Shown here piece after piece: positions 20,453 to 29,851 of a stretch of DNA of 64,000 nucleotides (positions within the stretch are counted from its first letter, which is position 1; the number at the start of each line of letters is the position of its first letter). The stretch is taken from IMG/VR virus record IMGVR_UViG_3300028827_000129, positions 1 through 64,000 of that record; one strand, given 5' to 3'. This stretch comes from a virus. Below the pieces are notes generated by a model. The model saw only the letters and a list, made by a program, of their open reading frames with translations. It was not told the origin of the DNA and searched no databases. The position numbers were made by a program, and so were the translations under genes.

Positions 20453-21355
20453 CTACTTAGTTGTCTTCTTTTTAACTGGCTTGAGCTTTAACTTTGGTTT
20501 TGCTTTTAACTTAAGCTTTTTTAATGTAACCTTTTTTGTTTTTGTAGGTTTAATAATCCGCTTTTTTAATGTTTCAGGGGTTACAATCCAATGCGGAAAG
20601 TTTTTAGAAATAGTTTCATTTTTACTGTCTATAGCTCTACCTAAACCAACAATACCTAAAGAGGCATGCATTGACATTGTGCTTATATTATCAGGATAAT
20701 TAGTAGCTAAAACATCGCCGAAAAATTGTTTTGGATGATAATTAAGAAAATTCTTAATAGCAGAATATGCATTATATAGATAAGATGCATCATTTGATCC
20801 ATAGAAAATGCTACTTTTGTTAAGTTTGATATCTTTTAGGAAATCGTTTAATGTCTTATTTTTATCATAAATTAAACAAGCTCTCAACAAAAGAGTATAC
20901 AAAGAAATCAAAGGAGGGCTTAAGGCCCAGTTTGACGGGCCTGTAAATACAACAGCAGGATGTTTACGACTAGGTGTCTCGAAAATTACTTCTTTTGCTT
21001 TTGTAAATTCCCATCCGAAACGTTTTTCAAATTGGTTAACAATATTTAGTGTGTTAGATGCCAAAGAAGAAATATCTTTTTTGGGATCAAATACTAATAT
21101 TCTTATTTTGTCAATATCCCAACTATCGTCTTTAGATGGATTAAATTTAAATCCATATATACTAATATGCTTATTATTAACCATACCATGGATTAAATCT
21201 TGAATAAAATCTTTGCAATACATGCTAACTGTTACAGCTTTATATTTTTGTTTTCCATTTTTACTATATGGATTCACAAGTACAAATTTGAGACCTGAAC
21301 TATAAATTTCAGCCAAAATATTATCAGCTTCTTCTTCTCTACATTTTACAATCAT
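20453..21355 (-). CDS. hypothetical protein of the ligase cluster (paralogue of 35379-36179)
   Basis: CKDFIQD, SLYTLLLR and SMHASLGI resemble CRGYIYD, SLFYVFFK and SLHNMGI. Confidence 0.6.
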   Translation of the reverse strand: MIVKCREEEADNILAEIYSSGLKFVLVNPYSKNGKQKYKAVTVSMYCKDFIQDLIHGMVNNKHISIYGFKFNPSKDDSWDIDKIRILVFDPKKDISSLASNTLNIVNQFEKRFGWEFTKAKEVIFETPSRKHPAVVFTGPSNWALSPPLISLYTLLLRACLIYDKNKTLNDFLKDIKLNKSSIFYGSNDASYLYNAYSAIKNFLNYHPKQFFGDVLATNYPDNISTMSMHASLGIVGLGRAIDSKNETISKNFPHWIVTPETLKKRIIKPTKTKKVTLKKLKLKAKPKLKLKPVKKKTTK

Positions 21356-22035
21356 ACCTTACTCCTTTCTAAAGTATTTTTAACTTTATTAAGGTTTAGT
21401 TTTAAATATTTTTCTAGACTATCTAAGAAGTAATTCCATCCTAAAGAATTTGGTTTCATCATTTCTGGATGATATTGTGTACCAAAAGCATTAATTTTTG
21501 GGAAATATGCTGCTTCATATTCTTTATCGACTTTTGGTACAGGATTTTTAAAGTCATCAAAAATATAAATATCTGATCTAGGCTTTTCAGCCCATGCTGT
21601 AATTACTGCTGAAGATGAAGGTTTTATCATTTGATGATGTGTACAATATGCATCAATAGTTTTACCTTCTATTGTTGTTAAATTATGTAGAATTCCTTCA
21701 TGATTATCAATATGTTGGTACATTTGCCCACCATTAATAACATTTAAAAATTGGAAACCTCTACAAATACCTGCAAGCTTAATGTTGTTTTTTATTGCTA
21801 ATTCAGCTACTTTAATATCGATATTATCTCTTTTGTCGCTATAATATGATGCAGCATTTTTACATCCATAAATAACAGGATTAATATCATGTCCACCAGT
21901 AAAAAGAATTAAATCTTTATCTTCAATTTGTTTTTCCATTGATTCTGTTGGGGAAAAATTTCTTACTTCTACATTGTAATCTCTGAATAAACAATTATAT
22001 GTTATAGAAGAAACAATAAGAATTTTCTTTTTCAT
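21352..22035 (-). CDS. class I glutamine amidotransferase-like / peptidase C26
   Basis: FTGGHDINP, GICRGFQ, HHQ, QYHPE. Confidence 0.9.
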   Translation of the reverse strand: MKKKILIVSSITYNCLFRDYNVEVRNFSPTESMEKQIEDKDLILFTGGHDINPVIYGCKNAASYYSDKRDNIDIKVAELAIKNNIKLAGICRGFQFLNVINGGQMYQHIDNHEGILHNLTTIEGKTIDAYCTHHQMIKPSSSAVITAWAEKPRSDIYIFDDFKNPVPKVDKEYEAAYFPKINAFGTQYHPEMMKPNSLGWNYFLDSLEKYLKLNLNKVKNTLERSKV

Positions 22036-22039
22036 ATTA

Positions 22040-22250
22040 CTCCTTTCTTCTTTTATATTCTCATTAAAAAAACCACATATAAGATTTATTTACTTATATG
22101 TGGTTTTTTATGAAGTCAATGCCGTAATGTTCATAAAATGTTAATTTTATGAACATGTAGGCATTGACTTGTATCTAACCTTCTTTTCTGTGGATATTAT
22201 TGTATGCCATGAAGCGATTCACTTCTGGCAATTGTCCATATAAAATAAAG
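22040..22250 (-). ncRNA. structured intergenic RNA, retron msr/msd-like candidate
   Basis: Three stacked hairpins (22191-22238, 22113-22170, 22066-22109) flanked by an 8-bp inverted repeat (22238-22245 / 22051-22058); shares two motifs with the RT leader. Confidence 0.55.
22066..22109 (-). terminator. possible bidirectional intrinsic terminator (or 3' hairpin of the ncRNA)
   Basis: AAAAAACCACATATAAG-N9-CTTATATGTGGTTTTTT perfect stem with U-tract. Confidence 0.6.
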
Positions 22251-22252
22251 TA

Positions 22253-23023
22253 TTAACTATTTGCTTTTACATATTCAGTAAGATGACGTACAAAGCGATC
22301 TGCTGTTGTCTCTTTATCAGGATTATCTATAAAATGACTCATACTTGGTGCAGTATTTACTTCTAATACGTAACATTGATCAGGGTCATCAACAGGAACT
22401 AAAATATCTACTGCACCAAATAGAAAACCAAGTTCTTCAATTACATCTTTTGCTAGTTGTCTTATTTTCTTCTTTTTAACAGTGCCGTCATTTTCGACGG
22501 CAAAAAATCTATATCCATTAGCATAATTCTTTATTGGGTTAATTGGGTTAGTTTCTTCTGTAGGCTTTTTTTCTGTAAATTTAATTGACTTTCCATTAAA
22601 AACAAAAACTCGAAATTCTCGATTGTCTTCAATAAACTTTGTAGAGTAGGCATAACCTTCATCGTATAGCTTTTCTAATTTTTGTTTAGTAAAGCAGATT
22701 TTAAAATTATTGCCTCCCTGATGAGCTCCTTTTCTAACAACTCTTGGGAAATCGTCAGGTTGCCAATCTCTTTCTTCGCCTTTTATATGTACATCAATCA
22801 TTTTATCTCTTATCTTCTTGATATCGTCAAGTTTTTCTCTTTTAATTCCCCAAGGGACTTCAAAGTAGTTTTCAACTTCAATAATCTTTTTTACAGTATC
22901 ATTTTTTAGTTCTTCTTCCTTTAGTGCAATTGCTTTAAATCCTTCAATATTATTGATTTTTTCTGCTAAAAGATTTGCAGTTACATTAGTTTTCTTAGTA
23001 CGCTTTAACAAAACCTTATACAT
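22253..23023 (-). CDS. ATP-grasp (RimK-like) ligase
   Basis: REFRVFVF, FGAVDIL, VLEVNTAPS. Confidence 0.88.
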   Translation of the reverse strand: MYKVLLKRTKKTNVTANLLAEKINNIEGFKAIALKEEELKNDTVKKIIEVENYFEVPWGIKREKLDDIKKIRDKMIDVHIKGEERDWQPDDFPRVVRKGAHQGGNNFKICFTKQKLEKLYDEGYAYSTKFIEDNREFRVFVFNGKSIKFTEKKPTEETNPINPIKNYANGYRFFAVENDGTVKKKKIRQLAKDVIEELGFLFGAVDILVPVDDPDQCYVLEVNTAPSMSHFIDNPDKETTADRFVRHLTEYVKANS

Positions 23024-24086
23024 TTAATTCTTCTCCTTTCAAACTATCTGGAATTTCTAGTTTAACTAAGCAATGACCACAAATAGCTTCTGATAACATT
23101 GCATATGTTAATGTTTCGTGGCATTGTGTACATTCAAAGTCACTTTCTTTAACATAACATGTTTGACATATATGGATATCTTCTATATCTACACATTGTG
23201 CATGACTTTTACAATGGTCACATTGGCTATGACGCCAAATTTTATTTGATGAAGAATGTGATGTACTATACGTCTTTTTACTATAGCTAGTTCCTCCGTA
23301 AGAATAAGTCTTATTACTACTGTAATAATTACTGTTGCTGTTATAATATGTTGTGTATGGGAAATGAGCTTCTTTTTCTAATCCATCTTTGCCTAAGATA
23401 ATTACTTTATCATTTGATACTTCTATAAAATGAAAATCATCATTATTAACAAACTTAAAACCTCTAAATTTTATTGAACAGATATGTTCTAAAAATGGCT
23501 TTTCTGAAGCAAAAAATACAATATCATTTTTCATATCCAGTAATAAATATAATGTTTTATTTCGCCTAAATAAATATAATTTATCAGGTTCTTTAACATT
23601 TAAGGCAGCAAAGGTTGCATCTCCTTTCATACTGCTAGCGTTATCTATAAATTTGTCAAATCCTAATTTATCTAATAGCATAGGTAAAATTATTGTATCA
23701 CTTTGAATATTATTTGGTACTTTTACATTATATTGTTTTTCTAATTCTTTAACATTATTGATTTTTCCGTTATGCACAACAGCCCAATTATTAAAAATCA
23801 TAGGATGGTTATTATCATTATTTTCAGCTTTTGCTCCAGTACTTGGATTTCTTGTATGTAAAATTGCTACAGAAGGCAAATTCTTTGTAAAATTTTCCCA
23901 GATTTCTGTTTTCATAAGTTCATCAGAACTTTTAGGTTCTTTGAAAAATAACATTTTATCTTCATGAATAAATGCAGTTCCTGAAGCTTCTTTTCCTCTT
24001 TGTCCAGATAAAGAAAACATTATTTCAAGATCTACAACTTTCGGCCTTTTATCACCAAAACATTTATAACCTAATATTCCACACAT
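23016..24086 (-). CDS. class II glutamine amidotransferase (Ntn) with C-terminal Zn finger
   Basis: MCGI, RGKEASG, HTR, NNHP, HNGKI, SDT, FASE. Confidence 0.9.
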   Translation of the reverse strand: MCGILGYKCFGDKRPKVVDLEIMFSLSGQRGKEASGTAFIHEDKMLFFKEPKSSDELMKTEIWENFTKNLPSVAILHTRNPSTGAKAENNDNNHPMIFNNWAVVHNGKINNVKELEKQYNVKVPNNIQSDTIILPMLLDKLGFDKFIDNASSMKGDATFAALNVKEPDKLYLFRRNKTLYLLLDMKNDIVFFASEKPFLEHICSIKFRGFKFVNNDDFHFIEVSNDKVIILGKDGLEKEAHFPYTTYYNSNSNYYSSNKTYSYGGTSYSKKTYSTSHSSSNKIWRHSQCDHCKSHAQCVDIEDIHICQTCYVKESDFECTQCHETLTYAMLSEAICGHCLVKLEIPDSLKGEELNV

Positions 24087-24102
24087 TTATCTCTTCCTTT
24101 CT

Positions 24103-25293
24103 TTATTTATATTCGTTATCTTTTTCAAAAGCTGTTTCATAAAGCTTATAAAGATCTGTATCGTATTGAGACGATACGGGTTTATAAGTAGCTGTAGTTG
24201 TTGTTGTCACTTTATTATTAAGAATATATGTGTATCCATGCTCATTAGATGCTTTTGTCTTTCCTCGTAAAAGTTTTTTAATTGGTTCTGATATATTTAT
24301 TGGATGCTTTGTATTATTAGGTTGTAACTTAGACTTTTGTTTTTCAGATGCCGATATATCTTCAGATGATAAATTAAGTAGATAATCAAATAAATATTTT
24401 AATCTGCTAAGCGATATTTGATCTTTAGTCATGTGTATTGCTTCTCGTATTGCATATGTGATACCTACACCAATATCAAATTTACGTAATGGTTGGTCAT
24501 ATAAATAAACATTAGGAAATAGCTTTAAGATAGAATCGACATCTTTCATCTGTTTTATTATCTTTTCTGAAGTTCTAATTACTATATGAGCATCTGAAGG
24601 GTATGTAGATGATTGTGTAGTAATACCAAATACCTTAATCCTATAAGTACTGCTAAAATCTACAAATGATGAAGATATAAGATTCATAACTTCATCTAAA
24701 AAATCATCATCAATATTCCATTCAACAGCATATTTATTTATTTTTTTATCTTTGGTTTGCGGAGTTATTGTTAATTTTGCTGGTTTTATTTTAACGAATT
24801 CTGGTGGTTTATCGGTATTAAATTTTGAAACAAAATTTAATATATCATCTTCAGATACATTAACTTCATTATTTTCTACAGATAAGGTTGCTTTACAATT
24901 AATACACACTATTGAATCTTTATAACCAGATTTTAATTGATCTAAGAAGAATAATCCATTACAAGTATCGCATCGTCGATAATATTGGCCAAAACATTTA
25001 TAACATATAATTTTGCCAAGATAATTATAGTATTGACCTTCCTTCCATGTTCTCCCACAATATGTGCATGCCTTGTATGTTAAACATTCTTTACAATGGA
25101 TATCATTGCTAGCATTAATAGCTTGTATATCATCTACTGTGTGCAGTGTTAAACATTTTTTACAATAAAACATGTCTGTATATCTTTTACAGTGTTTACA
25201 ACGGATTAACTTACCAGTTTCTTCTTCAATAGCTTTTATATTAAGTTCTATTTTGCCGTTACAAAAACAACAAATTGCAATTGTCTTTTCCAT
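24103..25293 (-). CDS. multi-Zn-finger protein
   Basis: About 8 CxxC pairs in the N-terminal 135 aa; C-terminal part resembles 27168-27647. Confidence 0.7.
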   Translation of the reverse strand: MEKTIAICCFCNGKIELNIKAIEEETGKLIRCKHCKRYTDMFYCKKCLTLHTVDDIQAINASNDIHCKECLTYKACTYCGRTWKEGQYYNYLGKIICYKCFGQYYRRCDTCNGLFFLDQLKSGYKDSIVCINCKATLSVENNEVNVSEDDILNFVSKFNTDKPPEFVKIKPAKLTITPQTKDKKINKYAVEWNIDDDFLDEVMNLISSSFVDFSSTYRIKVFGITTQSSTYPSDAHIVIRTSEKIIKQMKDVDSILKLFPNVYLYDQPLRKFDIGVGITYAIREAIHMTKDQISLSRLKYLFDYLLNLSSEDISASEKQKSKLQPNNTKHPINISEPIKKLLRGKTKASNEHGYTYILNNKVTTTTTATYKPVSSQYDTDLYKLYETAFEKDNEYK

Positions 25294-25295
25294 AT

Positions 25296-26129
25296 TTAAA
25301 TCCAGTACTCCTTGATATCATCATTCCATTTTAAAGGCAATGAATTAATAGTTTTTTCTAAAACTGTAAGAAATACTTTTTTATCTTGAAAAAAATTCTT
25401 TTCGCTTAATTGGATAATCAATCCTAACTTTTCTTCATTTGTTGTTGCATTTCTTAGAGTTGTACATATTTTATTTAAATTTTGTGGTGTAATAGTAACA
25501 TTTGCCTCAAATGGAGTATCAATAGTTTTAATTTCTCCTATTTCTGTTCCGATAACAATATTATATGCTAAAGCTATATACAGATAAGACACTTGTGGAC
25601 TTAAAAGCCAGCTTCCTGGGGTTCTATATTCAAAATGATTAGTACCTTTAGTTCTATAATCTCCTAAATTTCCATAAACATTACCTCCTCCATTATGATG
25701 AGGAGCACCATTATTTCTTCTTTTTCTTTTTTCTTCTTTAGGATCTATTAATTCACTTAATAATTCAATGTAAATATCTAAATTTTGAACTATTGTACGA
25801 ATTTTGCTGGAAGTAACACCAGCAAAATGAATATGACCCCCAAGAGGTTTGTTCTTCTTATAATGCCCAGCTAGCCAATTTAATTGTGTCAATGTGCCAT
25901 TTTTAAAATCTAATCCTTTTGTATATGCTTGTTCAAAAACATTCTTAATTCTGGCAATCATTTCAAATGGAGTAGAAGCTACTCCAGGCCTAAGTTCACA
26001 AATAGGTGGATGACCATCACACCCAAAAGCTACAGTTTTATTTTTAGTTAAAATTGTATGAGCTGGTATTAGTACATTATTTTTATCTGTAAAAACAATT
26101 TCTGGGTCGCAACCTACAAGCAGATCCAT
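25296..26129 (-). CDS. phiEco32-like COOH-NH2 ligase type 2 (second copy)
   Basis: VGCDPEI, FGCDG, ELRP, LGGHIHF, YGNLGDYR, FEYRTPGSWL. Confidence 0.9.
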   Translation of the reverse strand: MDLLVGCDPEIVFTDKNNVLIPAHTILTKNKTVAFGCDGHPPICELRPGVASTPFEMIARIKNVFEQAYTKGLDFKNGTLTQLNWLAGHYKKNKPLGGHIHFAGVTSSKIRTIVQNLDIYIELLSELIDPKEEKRKRRNNGAPHHNGGGNVYGNLGDYRTKGTNHFEYRTPGSWLLSPQVSYLYIALAYNIVIGTEIGEIKTIDTPFEANVTITPQNLNKICTTLRNATTNEEKLGLIIQLSEKNFFQDKKVFLTVLEKTINSLPLKWNDDIKEYWI

Positions 26130-26142
26130 CTTACCTCCACAT

Positions 26143-27168
26143 TTAATGAACTAAGTCTTTATTACAATTTTCACATTTTTTATTTTTATTTAAAGGATTA
26201 TAACAAATTTTACAGTAATCTATTTGGTGGAAAGCATCAAAGCATTCTTTGCAAACAATTTGATTTTGTAGAAAATATTTTTTTCCATAAAAAACATCTA
26301 GACAAGAGTCGCAAATATTACCTTTTCCATTTTTAATTCTTTTTTCATACCAACTTTCATAATTCTCATGATTATGCAAATAAGAACTATTACTGTATTT
26401 ACCCTTCTTGACATCAACATCATAAAAAGAAATTGTGTCTCTATATAGATAATCGAACGTCATTTGCTGTTGTAATCCATTTTCATTAATGATTAAACAA
26501 GTGTTTTCACTAACCTCTTGAATATCTTTTGATGGTATAACAAAATTTCTCCATAAAGATTTTCCATTTAGATGGTATAAATATTTCTTAAGCGAAGCAA
26601 AATAAAATATATCATTGATTCTATCATAAAGATAGAATAATGGCCTTTCTTTACGATGTATAATTAACGAATAAGGATTTTCTTTATGATACATTGCAAA
26701 TGTTACAGCACCATTTAGTTGCTTTAAATACGACATTCCTTTTTCAACACCATAATGATCAAATAACCAAGCTATAGAAGCACTATCAACTTTTAGTTGC
26801 AAATTCATCCCATGCCATTCTCTAACAGCTTCATTGTTCATGAGAGTACCATTATGAACTAAAATAGTTTTCTCTAGTTTGATCGGATGATTATTTGTAT
26901 TATCTGATGAACTTCCTACACTACTTTTTCTGGCATGAAGAATCATTGTTTTTGGCAACTCTTCAAGTTTTTTCCAACGTTTTGTTTTTACAAAATCTGA
27001 TGCTTTTAATGGAGCTTTATAAACTATAAAATCTTTTTTATGTTCTGAATAATAACCAAATCCAGAGGCATCTTCTCCTCGTTCTTGTAAATATATAAAT
27101 AACTTCGTCAATAGCTGTTTGTCTGGACGCTTTTCTCCAAAACAATAATAACCTGCAATTCCGCACAT
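26143..27168 (-). CDS. class II glutamine amidotransferase (second copy)
   Basis: MCGIAG, RGEDASG, HAR, NNHP, HNGTL, VDS, FAS. Confidence 0.9.
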   Translation of the reverse strand: MCGIAGYYCFGEKRPDKQLLTKLFIYLQERGEDASGFGYYSEHKKDFIVYKAPLKASDFVKTKRWKKLEELPKTMILHARKSSVGSSSDNTNNHPIKLEKTILVHNGTLMNNEAVREWHGMNLQLKVDSASIAWLFDHYGVEKGMSYLKQLNGAVTFAMYHKENPYSLIIHRKERPLFYLYDRINDIFYFASLKKYLYHLNGKSLWRNFVIPSKDIQEVSENTCLIINENGLQQQMTFDYLYRDTISFYDVDVKKGKYSNSSYLHNHENYESWYEKRIKNGKGNICDSCLDVFYGKKYFLQNQIVCKECFDAFHQIDYCKICYNPLNKNKKCENCNKDLVH

Positions 27169-27647
27169 TATTCACATACCGCCTTTACTAATTTTTCTAT
27201 TTTATCAAAATGTTTTTTACGTGTATCTAAATCAAACGCAATAGCATGATTACGTTTTACAACAATAATATTTATAGAATCGCCAAAAACGGAATATATT
27301 TTTTTCTTTATGTGTGTATTGTAGCCAATTGCTATAGTTCTATCTAATCTATTTTTTAATCCATAAACATGGATTCTCCCTTTAAAATTGTATTTTTTAA
27401 ATAGGTCTGCAATTTCTTTTGCTTTTTGGTGCTTTGCATTATATGTAACTCTAGTATTTATATCAACCATTGCCGACTTTAATTTTTTGTCAGGTTTTAT
27501 TGGCTTAGCTATATTAGTCAAACGTTTATATGCTTTTTCATAAGAGCTATCTGTAAGCATATCTTTTATATTATCAAAAATAATAGTTTTTCTTTTATTA
27601 AAGTTTGTTTCAAATTCATCTGGGTTTATAGAAAATTTTGTATTCAT
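27168..27647 (-). CDS. hypothetical protein directly downstream of the RT
   Basis: 159 aa; 1 nt from the RT stop and overlapping the GATase start. Confidence 0.7.
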   Translation of the reverse strand: MNTKFSINPDEFETNFNKRKTIIFDNIKDMLTDSSYEKAYKRLTNIAKPIKPDKKLKSAMVDINTRVTYNAKHQKAKEIADLFKKYNFKGRIHVYGLKNRLDRTIAIGYNTHIKKKIYSVFGDSINIIVVKRNHAIAFDLDTRKKHFDKIEKLVKAVCE

Positions 27648-27648
27648 T

Positions 27649-29184
27649 TTAACCCTCTTTATATTTTTCTAACATTTTTTCAACTAATTTACTTTGTTCA
27701 TTATTGATAAGTTTAACAAAAGACATAAAACCATCTACATTGTATGTATCAGGATTGGATTTAATAAATCCTCTCCAAGCATGCATTGTTTTTCTTGGTA
27801 TCCTTAATGTTCCATCTTCATGAACACTGATACCATTAACATTTACATATGGGTAAGTCATAATTTTAAATTTATGTTTATTAATTGGTATATCTAGATA
27901 ATTAACAAAGAAACTTGTTAATTGTTTTTTGAGTTGTAATTTTTCTTCTTTATTAAGTTTCTTAGATAATGATATTGTAATATCATCAACATATCTTGTA
28001 TATGCAACCATTTTTGCTTTTGTTGCTCTGTATATAAGTTTGCGTAAAAAATTTATATACTTTTGTTCTATTCTAGACATGACAATATTAAAAATATATG
28101 TTGACGTAGGACTGCCAATGGGTAAAATAAACCCATTATTATTTGGTAATATTGTGTAATCAATAATTTTAGACGATATTAAACTAGTAAATCTTGAATG
28201 GATTAAACGTTTATAAATACGATTTCTATTCCCCATTAAAATATTATGAAAAGCATTTTTTATATCAACTTTTACCCAAGTTATTGGAGCATTCTTTTTA
28301 CTGAAATGATATTTGATAGCATCAACCATATTTCTGTTTTTAACTCCTCCATAGCTATATTTGCCAGGAGAAATATTTTTATAAAGTATTTTTAAGATAT
28401 CACGTTGTAAATTTTTAATATTTTCATTTGGCTTATGAATAAATCTAATACCTCCATTGCTTTTTTTGATAAAATATGTTTTATAAAGTTTATTTATTGC
28501 AACTCCATCAACATTGTTATCTTTAAATGACTGTGATAAGATAATAGTATTATCCAAATCTTTTTTAAAATTATGTTTACCACTCTTAACATATGTATAT
28601 ACTGAAATAAATTGATCTAGTAATGCTTTTATGACATCCCAAGATTGATCTATCTTTTTATTTTTCTTAAGATATTTTAATTTCTGTTTATGAACATTAA
28701 AATCTATTTCTTTCCCATTAATATAAATAGTTATGGCTAAAAGAGACATGAATTGATATCCTAATGTATTAAAAAAATTCATATTTATTACTTCATTATC
28801 ATTTTTTTGTATAAATTGTATTATATTTTCGTAAGACTCTCCATTAGTTTTTTCAATAACATCTTTTAATTGCAAATCTTTATACTTATCAGGAATAGTT
28901 CCATTTTTTATATGTGTGGCAATTTCATAAAACAGATTTGCTTGTTTTATATCAGAATCATTAAACCAATCCATAAATGCTTTTTTATATATATTTAAAA
29001 CTTGTATTTCCATTTTAGACAAAGAAATTTCTGGTTGTTTTTTTTCTGTATCTGGCCATTTTAAGATATAGTAAAACAATGTAATTGGACTGCAAGTATA
29101 GAACCTTTTGTCATTATAAAGTTTTACTGCCATGTTTCTTAAATTTAAATAATTTATCATACTACTATATTTTTTCTTTTGCAT
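27649..29184 (-). CDS. reverse transcriptase, retron-like, with a ~230-aa N-terminal extension
   Basis: IKKSNGGIRFIHKP, SYGGVKNR, AIKYH (region X-like), KVDIKNAF, LPIGSPTS, YTRYVDDITIS, INKHK, VNG (VTG-like). GGAGG 5 nt upstream of the ATG at 29184 suggests this start rather than 29211. Confidence 0.88.
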   Translation of the reverse strand: MQKKKYSSMINYLNLRNMAVKLYNDKRFYTCSPITLFYYILKWPDTEKKQPEISLSKMEIQVLNIYKKAFMDWFNDSDIKQANLFYEIATHIKNGTIPDKYKDLQLKDVIEKTNGESYENIIQFIQKNDNEVINMNFFNTLGYQFMSLLAITIYINGKEIDFNVHKQKLKYLKKNKKIDQSWDVIKALLDQFISVYTYVKSGKHNFKKDLDNTIILSQSFKDNNVDGVAINKLYKTYFIKKSNGGIRFIHKPNENIKNLQRDILKILYKNISPGKYSYGGVKNRNMVDAIKYHFSKKNAPITWVKVDIKNAFHNILMGNRNRIYKRLIHSRFTSLISSKIIDYTILPNNNGFILPIGSPTSTYIFNIVMSRIEQKYINFLRKLIYRATKAKMVAYTRYVDDITISLSKKLNKEEKLQLKKQLTSFFVNYLDIPINKHKFKIMTYPYVNVNGISVHEDGTLRIPRKTMHAWRGFIKSNPDTYNVDGFMSFVKLINNEQSKLVEKMLEKYKEG

Positions 29185-29194
29185 TAATTCCTCC

Positions 29195-29318
29195 ATTTTC
29201 GAACCTTTCATATTTTGAATTTATGAAAGGTTCAAAATTTAAAGCGTACTCTTTATTTGAGTACTAAATAAAGAAGAAAGCACTTAAGCGAAAACACTTA
29301 GGCTTATAAAAACTTTTT
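29195..29318 (-). ncRNA. structured RT leader / candidate retron-type ncRNA
   Basis: Hairpins at 29278-29305, 29250-29274 (9 bp) and 29196-29237 (12-bp core) fill the intergenic region. Confidence 0.5.
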
Positions 29319-29513
29319 TTATTTACTATAGCCGTTTGAACTCCATCCTACTCCACCTGGTTTTAAAATAAATGAAGTATTGACAATTATTTTTGTTGCT
29401 ATATTATTGCATTTTGGACATTTTGCCCAATTTCTTTCATCATAAATAGAACGTTGTAGTTCAAATTGATGTTTACATTTTGGATTATCACATGCAAAAA
29501 CATAAATTGGCAT
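29319..29513 (-). CDS. FmdB-family zinc-ribbon protein
   Basis: MPIYVFACxxxxCxHxFE...CPKC...GVGW; start adjusted to MPIY. Confidence 0.85.
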   Translation of the reverse strand: MPIYVFACDNPKCKHQFELQRSIYDERNWAKCPKCNNIATKIIVNTSFILKPGGVGWSSNGYSK

Positions 29514-29851
29514 TTTAAATTCCTCCATTATGTTTTTCTTTTCGCTTTATAGGATATGTGTTTAAAATATCATTTAAAACTTGTAATAAAGTTTTCTTGT
29601 CCTTTTTTAACTCTTCTGGCCATACATAAAATGCAGTATTTCCTTTGTCTTTTATGCCTTTTACTTTAAATCGGATTCTTTTTGTTGAATATAAAGGAAT
29701 AATTTCTTCTATAACAACTTCTCTCTTTTTTGCAAATGCTACTTTTGGATCATAATAAAATGTTTTATATAATAATTTATTTTCTGCAAAAGCTACTTGT
29801 TCATAAAATAATTTATTATTTTCCATCTTAATTTTCTTTTTTTCTCTTATT

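Noticed and set aside
27649-29184. RT as a DGR or group II intron maturase
   Set aside because: No TR/VR repeat pair or Avd seen; no maturase X/En domain, intron boundaries or interrupted host gene
29185-29211. RT start at 29211 (MKGSK...)
   Set aside because: This ATG is buried in the long leader hairpin and has no RBS; GGAGG precedes the ATG at 29184
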